64,000 nucleotides of DNA, from contig CAZRTG010000001.1 of the NCBI GenBank assembly GCA_964602895.1, positions 494 through 64,493 on the forward strand, in the 5' to 3' direction. The notes beneath the pieces are model-generated. The model was given only the letters and a program-made list of their open reading frames with translations, was not told the origin of the DNA and searched no databases. The DNA is from an uncultured Wenzhouxiangellaceae bacterium (GTDB taxonomy: Bacteria > Pseudomonadota > Gammaproteobacteria > Xanthomonadales > SZUA-36). Positions 58,216 through 64,000 of this stretch are shown here, in pieces (the first letter of the stretch is position 1; the number at the start of each line of letters is the position of its first letter). A program made the position numbers and the translations under genes.

Positions 58216-59384
58216 ATCGCTGGACCACCGCCGATGACCTGCGTGGTCAATTGCTTAAATTGTGGAACCGGGGACGCTTGCTGGCCGATCCTGAAATTCT
58301 TCCGTTGCGTTTGCCACTGCGAGGCCCACAGGCAGGCGAGCTCGGTGCCCGTTTCGCCGCCGTCCGCGACTGGGTGCAATTGTGGGCACAACAGGAAGAG
58401 CAAAAGGGTTTGACTGTCGAGTGGCGCGAAGTCAACTACCGCGAGATCGGCCGCAATCGGCTACCTGCAGCGGTATTGTTTCAACAGCGTGATCAGGCCT
58501 TGGCTTATATCGGCAAACGCCAGTCGGGACGTGATTTTGATCGTTTGCAAGAGCAGATATTGCCATTGTTTCCCGAATTGCGGGATTGGTTGGTGCGTAA
58601 ACCGTTGCAAGCATTGGAACTGAAAGAACAGTGGCCGCGCCTGCTGATGGTATTGGATTGGCTTCGTGCACACCCACGACCTGGCCTGTACATCCGCCAG
58701 ATCGAACTACCCGGTGTTGATACCAAATTTATCGAAGGTCACCGAAAGGTGTTGGCCGAGTTGTTGGATGGTGTGCTCGAACCGGCGCACATCGACTTTG
58801 CAGCGCGAGGCATTTCCAGTTTCGAACAGCGCTACGGTTTTCGCGCCAAGCCGGCGCAGATTCGTTTCCGATTGCTTGATAGCAGGCTGTATGTGCAAAG
58901 CTTGAGTGACTTGCAAATTCCTCTGGAAGACTTTGCCCGGCTTGAGTTTCCGGTCGAGCGGGTATTTATTACCGAGAACGATATCAATGGCCTGGCTTTC
59001 CCCGACTTTCCAAATTCATTGGTGGTCTTTGGCCTGGGTTATGGGCTTGACAGCCTGAAGGGCGCGAACTGGCTGGCGAGCACTGATATTCACTATTGGG
59101 GTGATATTGACAGTCATGGATTCGCCATGCTCGATCAATTGCGCAGTTATTTCCCGCACGCCAGCTCACTGTTGATGGATCGACCCACTCTGCTGGCCCA
59201 CGAAGCCCTTTGGGGTTCTGAATCCATCCCAACGCGCAAGCCCTTGCTGCGACTAAAGCCTGAAGAACAGGCGCTGTATCAGGATCTTAGCCTGGACCGA
59301 ATTGCTCCATCGCTGCGTCTCGAACAGGAACGGATTGGAATCGCCTATTTGCAACAAGCCCTCCACGTACTTAATGGTACTTAA
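58212..59384 (+). CDS. jetD: Wadjet JetD (MksG-like, DUF3322 + Toprim-like DUF2220 nuclease subunit)
   Basis: 390 aa. Toprim-like acidic motifs ITENDING and HYWGDIDSHGFAML. ATGA overlap with jetC. Confidence 0.85.
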   Translation: MNRWTTADDLRGQLLKLWNRGRLLADPEILPLRLPLRGPQAGELGARFAAVRDWVQLWAQQEEQKGLTVEWREVNYREIGRNRLPAAVLFQQRDQALAYIGKRQSGRDFDRLQEQILPLFPELRDWLVRKPLQALELKEQWPRLLMVLDWLRAHPRPGLYIRQIELPGVDTKFIEGHRKVLAELLDGVLEPAHIDFAARGISSFEQRYGFRAKPAQIRFRLLDSRLYVQSLSDLQIPLEDFARLEFPVERVFITENDINGLAFPDFPNSLVVFGLGYGLDSLKGANWLASTDIHYWGDIDSHGFAMLDQLRSYFPHASSLLMDRPTLLAHEALWGSESIPTRKPLLRLKPEEQALYQDLSLDRIAPSLRLEQERIGIAYLQQALHVLNGT

Positions 59385-59428
59385 AGGGGACGGGGCAAAT
59401 TAATTCAAATTAATTTGCCCCGTCCCCT
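59383..59428. repeat. hairpin element copy 2 (perfect 20-bp stem); also a plausible bidirectional terminator between jetD and parE
   Basis: Read directly. The stem sequence is identical to copy 1. The element begins inside the jetD TAA stop codon. Confidence 0.9.
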
Positions 59429-59434
59429 ATTTCC

Positions 59435-59486
59435 TCGCAGTTGATGGGTGTCCGAGCTTTTCGCAGTTGATGGGTGTCCGGACTTT
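59435..59486. repeat. tandem direct repeat, 2 x 26 bp (TCGCAGTTGATGGGTGTCCG-AGCTTT / -GACTTT)
   Basis: Read directly; 24 of 26 positions are identical. It lies between hairpin copy 2 and the parE stop. Confidence 0.85.
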
Positions 59487-59492
59487 TCGTTT

Positions 59493-59819
59493 TTAACGAA
59501 TCAGGCGACGTTCAAGCAATGAAGGTATATCCCTGCGGCCATCCAGGATGCAATGAACGAAAACGTCCTGTCGGGTTATCTCGTAGATGACACGATAGGG
59601 TTTGAAGTGAACCTCTCTGTAGCTTGATACGCCGATTCGTTCCAGTTCGGGTGGAATATGTCCTCGCTCGGGCAGATTGGTTAACCGTGAGCACAAAGAC
59701 TCCAACTGATTCAACACATGATCTGCATTCTCTATGCAGTCATTGAGAACAATGTAGCGGTAGATATCAACCAGATCCTGTTCTGCGTCCTCGACAATTC
59801 GGACACGATAGTTTTTCAC
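59493..59819 (-). CDS. parE: type II toxin, RelE/ParE family
   Basis: 108 aa. The pattern A--DL--I--YI ... PERG ... YR-V-FKPYRVIY-I----V-V--IL-GRRD is typical of ParE-type toxins. GTG start abuts the antitoxin stop. Confidence 0.82.
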   Translation of the reverse strand: MKNYRVRIVEDAEQDLVDIYRYIVLNDCIENADHVLNQLESLCSRLTNLPERGHIPPELERIGVSSYREVHFKPYRVIYEITRQDVFVHCILDGRRDIPSLLERRLIR

Positions 59820-60101
59820 TCAGCCAGTTACCTGCCGTGTTTGCTTACGAACATCAGAAAAGGCCTTTTTAAGGGGTTTGCTGCGACCTTCCTGGATACT
59901 TTTCGAGCTTTGGGCCAACATCTTGAGCAGCGCCAAAGATTCCTGGGTTTGCTCATAGCTGACAATATCCTGGAGCACAGCCCTGACTTCGCCATTTTGT
60001 GTTATCACCATGGCCTGCCGTCCTTCACTGACATCCCGTAGAGCTTCGGCAGTGTGACTTTTCAAGTAGCTGATGGGCCTGACCGATTTGCTCAGCTTCA
60101 T
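59820..60101 (-). CDS. type II antitoxin, Phd/YefM family
   Basis: 93 aa. N-terminal ISYLKSHTAEALRDVSEGRQAMVITQNGEVRAVLQDIVSYEQ is the Phd/YefM fold pattern. Confidence 0.82.
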   Translation of the reverse strand: MKLSKSVRPISYLKSHTAEALRDVSEGRQAMVITQNGEVRAVLQDIVSYEQTQESLALLKMLAQSSKSIQEGRSKPLKKAFSDVRKQTRQVTG

Positions 60102-60122
60102 GATCTGTATTCCTTCGTTGGG

Positions 60123-60135
60123 TTAGTAGTACTAA
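60123..60135. promoter_or_regulatory. palindrome TTAGTA-G-TACTAA, candidate autoregulatory operator of the phd-parE promoter
   Basis: Read directly. It lies 22-34 nt upstream of the antitoxin start. An adjacent TATATT (minus strand) is -10-like. Confidence 0.4.
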
Positions 60136-60192
60136 ATATAGTCCTTATTTGGGTCTGTTGCCATGCGCAACGAGAAATGGCTGAAGTACAAC

Positions 60193-60218
60193 AGGCCGCC
60201 CCGGCAGGGAGGCGGCCT
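60193..60218 (-). terminator. possible terminator hairpin after the DUF1254/DUF1214 gene
   Basis: 8-bp GC-rich stem AGGCCGCC / GGCGGCCT. The downstream U-tract is weak. Confidence 0.35.
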
Positions 60219-60277
60219 GAGTGCATGTGAGGTAGTCAAGTAGCCTATTTCGCCACGACGGAGCCCGGTGATTCGGC

Positions 60278-61804
60278 TCAGTTAACCGGCTCGACTTCAC
60301 CCGGCCGCCAGGTCTTGTTGAACCAGGCCTCCTCTGGCCCGTAAAGCCGCAGAGCTACACTCCAGCCCTTGCCCGGCACCGTCTGTGCCCAGTTGGACTC
60401 ATGGCCCTTGGGCGCAGTCGGCCCGAACCAGACATCCACCGATCCGTCCGAGTTAACCACAACTCCCTTCTTTTGGCTGCCGATGCTCGGGAATTGCTGG
60501 TCGGTTTGTAGCATGGAGCGGGTCTGGTTGTCGTAGACCACGAACGACCAGAAATCTTTGGCCGGGATGTTCGGCGGCAGATGCACCTTGTAGGTTTTGT
60601 TGCCATCGAGCGGCGCGCCACTGGAATCGGTTGCTGCGATCGCGTATTGCGAACCCTTGCCCACCAGCTTCAAGGACATCGCCGGGGTGATCCCGGTGGC
60701 ATAGTAAAGGAAGTGGACCATGGCATCGGTGTTGTCCACGCCCGGCTGCGACTGGAACTTGTAGTTGCCGCCGATAAAACCCTGGAACCAGGCACTGCCC
60801 GGATAATAGGCAACGTCCTTGTCGGGGTACTTGAATACCAGTGCGCGCGCGGTGGCATCGCCGACTGCTGCCGCTTCAGTGAGGATCTGCTTCATCCGTG
60901 CATCGGGATTGAAGGTTTTGCCTTTCTCGATGCCCAAAGCGGCCAGTTGGCCCAGGATCTCCGGGCTGAAAGCGTCGTTGGGCTCGTACTGGACGATCTC
61001 ATTGATGTCCTCATAGAACTTGTAGGTGCTGGCACCGATGGTGTTGAAGTGCTTGCCGGAGGCATTGATGAATTTCATTGGCGGCGGGTTGCCGGCATCT
61101 TTCAGTCTATAAATCCTGGCGTACTTCTTGGTCGCTGCCACCGCCGGAGCGGTGCTGCCGTTCTCGAGGAAACCGCGCCAGAACACCAGATTGCCGTAGG
61201 TTTGGGTGTGGTAGACAAAATAGCCTTCCGGTACATCGCCCTCGTAGCCAGGCGGGAGCAGCAGGTATTTGCCGCCCTGGCCCTTGTCGGGACCCACCCG
61301 GCCGAAATCCGCCACGTAATGGAACCAGTGGTCGTCGATGACGCCAAGCACGTCCGGTGGCGTCTCCAACACGACCGGACCATCCTTCACATCCACCCAC
61401 ATCACGCTGTAGATGCTTTCGGTATTGGGCGTGAGGAAAAGCGACTTGGAATCCATCAGGCTTTCGAACAGCGCCACCGACTGGTTATCGTTCACGCCAA
61501 TGCTGGCCAGACCCTGACGCAGACCTTCGGTCGAGCCGCCAGGCATCGCTGCGAGAAAGACGTTTACGCCACGCTGGAAGGCCAGGTTGTCGTAGACCTT
61601 CTGCACCGTTTCGTCGGTCGGGAAACCGTCGTGGAACTTCAAGGTACCGATGCGTGTTTCCACGGTATCCGGCGTGGTGATCTCCGCCGGTATCGGGGTG
61701 GTCATCTTCATCTTTGGCGCGTCCTGCGCTGTTGCGATACCTGCCGTCAACGCACAGGCAAACACAGTGGCCAGAACAGCCATGGTTTTCATGGGGGTTT
61801 GCAT
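60278..61804 (-). CDS. secreted DUF1254/DUF1214 domain protein
   Basis: Signal peptide MKTMAVLATVFACALTAGIATAQ. The two-domain pattern is recalled from DUF1254-DUF1214 proteins. Start at MQTPMK (GGAGAA upstream). Confidence 0.65.
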   Translation of the reverse strand: MQTPMKTMAVLATVFACALTAGIATAQDAPKMKMTTPIPAEITTPDTVETRIGTLKFHDGFPTDETVQKVYDNLAFQRGVNVFLAAMPGGSTEGLRQGLASIGVNDNQSVALFESLMDSKSLFLTPNTESIYSVMWVDVKDGPVVLETPPDVLGVIDDHWFHYVADFGRVGPDKGQGGKYLLLPPGYEGDVPEGYFVYHTQTYGNLVFWRGFLENGSTAPAVAATKKYARIYRLKDAGNPPPMKFINASGKHFNTIGASTYKFYEDINEIVQYEPNDAFSPEILGQLAALGIEKGKTFNPDARMKQILTEAAAVGDATARALVFKYPDKDVAYYPGSAWFQGFIGGNYKFQSQPGVDNTDAMVHFLYYATGITPAMSLKLVGKGSQYAIAATDSSGAPLDGNKTYKVHLPPNIPAKDFWSFVVYDNQTRSMLQTDQQFPSIGSQKKGVVVNSDGSVDVWFGPTAPKGHESNWAQTVPGKGWSVALRLYGPEEAWFNKTWRPGEVEPVN

Positions 61805-62024
61805 AGTGTCTTCTCCGATTAATCTACGATATCGCTGGTGATGCATTCAATGTCGGTTGCCAACCCACAGGTTGTTGTATCCCGATCTTCTTGTCCCATC
61901 CACACTGCCGCCAGCAACAGCAATTATACAGAGCAGGTAATTGAGCCCACTTGTTTATTTGTGACACACTGTGCCGACTGGTACTGCTTGGCTGCAGTTC
62001 TGGCTGGCAATACAGACGCATCGG

Positions 62025-63107
62025 ATGTCAATGATTCAGACCAGACTATCATCACCCATTACGCGCGCGACCGGCGTCGTTCCGGGCGGCTATGACCGTG
62101 TTGCATCGACGATGGCGTTGGTGCCGTTGCTGGAGCAATTCGGGGTGGGCCTGGACAGTTTGCTGGCCGAATCCGGATTGCCAATTGGCCTGTTCGATCA
62201 TCCCGACAACCTGATTCCCTTCAGGGAAGGCACCCGCCTGCTTGGGCTTTGTGCAGACCGTACCGGATGCCCGCACTTTGGCCTGCTGATAGGTGATGGG
62301 ACGCCGTTGGAGGCCTACGGCATCGTGAGCGAATTGATGAAGTGCGCGGCGGACGTACGGTCCGCACTGCAACTGATGTGCCGATTCATGACGCTCGCCG
62401 ACGGAGGCGGGTTGCTGATGCTGTCCGAAACCCGGCAGTTCGCCCGTTTCAGTTATTCGGTCTACGAACCGGGTGTCGAGCGTACCGAGGTGCTCGGCGA
62501 CATCGTCCTGGGCGTGTCGTGCAACGTGCTACGCGCACTTTGTGGCAGCAAGTGGCAGCCGCACGAAATTCTCTTTTCGCGTAGCCGACCGATCGACATC
62601 CGACCCTACGCCGAGACCCTTAAAGCACCCTTGCGCTTCGATGTCGAACAATCTGCAGTGGTGTTCGAGCGCTCGTGGCTGGATGCTCCGCTAGCCACAG
62701 CCAATCCTGCTCGATTGCACAGCCTTGAGGCCAAAGCCCGTGCGTTGGAAGCCAGTGAAACGGGTGATCTGGTTGCGCAAGTGCGTCGTGTCGTGCGCCG
62801 ACAACTACTGACTGGAACCTGTTCGATGCAATCCATTGCCAACGAGTTGGGTATGCACCGACGCACCCTGGACAGGAAACTGCATCCCTTTGAAGTCACA
62901 TTCAAAACGCTGAGTGACGAGATCCGCTATGAAGTATCGCGTCAACTCCTGGCCGATACCGCGATGCCGGTGACCGCGATCTCACAAAGCCTCCACTACG
63001 CCGACCCCAGTGCGTTCACGCACGCATTCCGTCGGTGGTCAGGCACCACACCCACACAATGGCGCGAATCCGTAAAGGGGACGGGAAAAGGGGACGGGAT
63101 AAATTAA
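62025..63107 (+). CDS. AraC-family transcriptional regulator (N-terminal AraC-type ligand-binding domain, C-terminal double HTH)
   Basis: C-terminal block IANELGMHRRTLDRKL ... ISQSLHYADPSAFTHAFRRWSGTTPTQWR. The start is uncertain (62025/62031/62118). The last 11 codons and the stop are encoded by hairpin element copy 3. Confidence 0.85.
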   Translation: MSMIQTRLSSPITRATGVVPGGYDRVASTMALVPLLEQFGVGLDSLLAESGLPIGLFDHPDNLIPFREGTRLLGLCADRTGCPHFGLLIGDGTPLEAYGIVSELMKCAADVRSALQLMCRFMTLADGGGLLMLSETRQFARFSYSVYEPGVERTEVLGDIVLGVSCNVLRALCGSKWQPHEILFSRSRPIDIRPYAETLKAPLRFDVEQSAVVFERSWLDAPLATANPARLHSLEAKARALEASETGDLVAQVRRVVRRQLLTGTCSMQSIANELGMHRRTLDRKLHPFEVTFKTLSDEIRYEVSRQLLADTAMPVTAISQSLHYADPSAFTHAFRRWSGTTPTQWRESVKGTGKGDGIN

Positions 63108-63136
63108 TCCGGATTAATTTGCCCCGTCCCCTCTTT
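63074..63136. repeat. hairpin element copy 3 (21-bp arms, 19/21 paired, left half-arm AAAGGGGACGGG duplicated)
   Basis: Read directly. GGGGACGGGATAAATTAATCC / GGATTAATTTGCCCCGTCCCC. Confidence 0.88.
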
Positions 63137-63154
63137 CCATGAATCTTAAGTTTA

Positions 63155-63203
63155 TGGCGCGCCCGACAAGATTCGAACTTGTGACCCCTGCCTTCGGAGG
63201 GCA
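63155..63203 (-). tRNA. truncated tRNA-Arg(CCG): 3' 49 nt only (anticodon arm to CCA); att-site-like remnant
   Basis: The reverse complement reads TGCC-CTCCGAA-GGCAG-GGGTC-ACAAG-TTCGAAT-CTTGT-CGGGCGC-G-CCA. This gives an anticodon loop with CCG, a perfect T-arm, the acceptor 3' strand and CCA. No D-arm or 5' acceptor strand follows on the 5' side. Confidence 0.7.
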
Positions 63204-63330
63204 TTTTTTCCTGTTTTCTATTCAAGAACATAGATAGCTATCTATATGTTTTTATTCTGTATAAATCTGACAATATCGGCTATTATCTACCCAAGGTGGC
63301 TAAACTTTCACTTGGGTTGCACTTGCAAAC

Positions 63331-64000
63331 ATGCCGAAGCGATCAAAAACAAGAATCTCTGACAAAACTGTAAAGCGTAAACCAACCGACCGGCCACAAG
63401 AGTTCCGGGACTGTGACCTTCGTGGTTTCATTCTCAGAATCGAACCAACGGGAACCAAGACTTTTTACTGCGAGTGGGCAAGGGGTAAGAGGAGCCGGAT
63501 CGGTGATGCCAGCCTAATGACCCTGGAATTTGCCAGGGATACTGCGCGAACTCGAATTAATGAAGCAAAGAATGGCGAAGTTCCGGAACCTCAAATTCGA
63601 TCCCGCATTCCAACACTGAAAAGATTGATGGACGATCACTATCGTGATTGGGCAGAGACTCACCAAAAATCAGGCAAAGCCAATTGCAAACGCACAAACG
63701 CTGCTTTCAGTGAGTTCCTCTCTACCAGGATTGACAAAATTTCTCCTTGGCAGATCGACAAGTGGAAATCTGAACGAAAGAAGTCGGGCACAACTCCAGC
63801 AACAATAAATAGGGATCTACGTGGGCTTCGGGCAGCTTTAAACAAGGCTGTAGAGTGGAATTTGGTTAAAAGCAACCCGATCCGTTCCGTCAAGCTACTT
63901 AAAGGTGCGGATATTCCACGGGTGCGCTACTTATCAACGGAAGAGGAAAAGCGGCTAATGAAGGCGTTGGACGCAAGAGAGGTCAGAAAAAGGACAAAGC
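63331..64000 (+). CDS. int: tyrosine recombinase/integrase (P4-type, N-terminal arm-binding plus core-binding domains), 5' part only
   Basis: Hand translation gives MPKRSKTRISDKTVKRKPTDRPQEFRDCDLRGFILRIEPTGTKTFYCEW...TINRDLRGLRAALNKAVEWNLVKSNPIRSVK...RYLSTEEEKRL. The frame stays open to the window edge, so it is missing from the ORF track. Confidence 0.82.
   Translation, partial: MPKRSKTRISDKTVKRKPTDRPQEFRDCDLRGFILRIEPTGTKTFYCEWARGKRSRIGDASLMTLEFARDTARTRINEAKNGEVPEPQIRSRIPTLKRLMDDHYRDWAETHQKSGKANCKRTNAAFSEFLSTRIDKISPWQIDKWKSERKKSGTTPATINRDLRGLRAALNKAVEWNLVKSNPIRSVKLLKGADIPRVRYLSTEEEKRLMKALDAREVRKRTK

Larger units (their letters stand above)
63155..64000. mobile_element. boundary of an integrase-associated genomic island at a tRNA-Arg att site (extends beyond the window)
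   Basis: A tRNA 3' half-copy is followed by AT-rich DNA and then the integrase gene. Confidence 0.6.

Noticed and set aside
52704-63136. Hairpin elements as CRISPR repeats or integron attC sites
   Set aside because: - There are only three copies, 3.7-6.6 kb apart, with whole operons between them. That rules out a CRISPR array.
- No GTTRRRY/RYYYAAC core sites and no intI-type integrase lie beside them, so they are not attC sites.
- I keep them as a REP/MITE-like or terminator-type repeat.
63660-63893. 77-aa minus-strand ORF near the right edge
   Set aside because: It lies antisense inside the open integrase reading frame (63331 onward), which has clear tyrosine-recombinase N-terminal and core-binding patterns.

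Overview
This 64-kb window comes from a Gram-negative, proteobacterial-type chromosome. It is densely coded: I support about 58 CDS. I found no rRNA, no CRISPR array and no intact tRNA.

**Catabolic block, 0-48 kb**
- A CoA-ligase / SCPx-thiolase / DUF35 / Rieske-dioxygenase cluster has the same gene content as the ibuprofen ipfABDEF system.
- Sugar-acid genes are scattered through the block (kdgK, eda, a ManD-type enolase, a UxaA-type dehydratase, an FAH-family protein).
- There is a TonB-dependent receptor.
- An unassigned amino-compound catabolic module is present in two paralogous copies. Each copy has a HisC-like aminotransferase, a CrtI/amine-oxidase-like flavoprotein, a nitrilase-superfamily C-N hydrolase, a conserved 85-aa tail-anchored protein, a TPP enzyme and an aldehyde dehydrogenase.
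- One of these copies is embedded in, and splits, an AapJQMP-like amino-acid ABC importer operon.
- A 14-bp palindrome, GTTTAnnTATAAAC, recurs in four promoter regions.

**Ordinary genes, 48-52.6 kb**
- LysR regulator, MscS channel and a secreted amidase.

**Accessory block, 52.7-64 kb**
- A complete four-gene Wadjet (JetABCD / MksBEFG-like) SMC-type anti-plasmid system.
- A ParE/Phd toxin-antitoxin pair.
- A DUF1254/DUF1214 gene with a divergent AraC regulator.
- A truncated tRNA-Arg(CCG) 3' half, which looks like an att site.
- The 5' part of a tyrosine integrase that runs off the right edge.
- Three copies of a long perfect hairpin element (arms GGGGACGGGGCAAATTAAT) bracket the Wadjet operon and the next block.

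**What is and is not new**
- Wadjet is the clearest non-metabolic system, but it belongs to an already described family.
- The candidates for something genuinely undescribed are the duplicated flavoprotein / C-N hydrolase / small-protein module and the hairpin element family.

All functional calls come from reading motifs in the translations. No database search was run.
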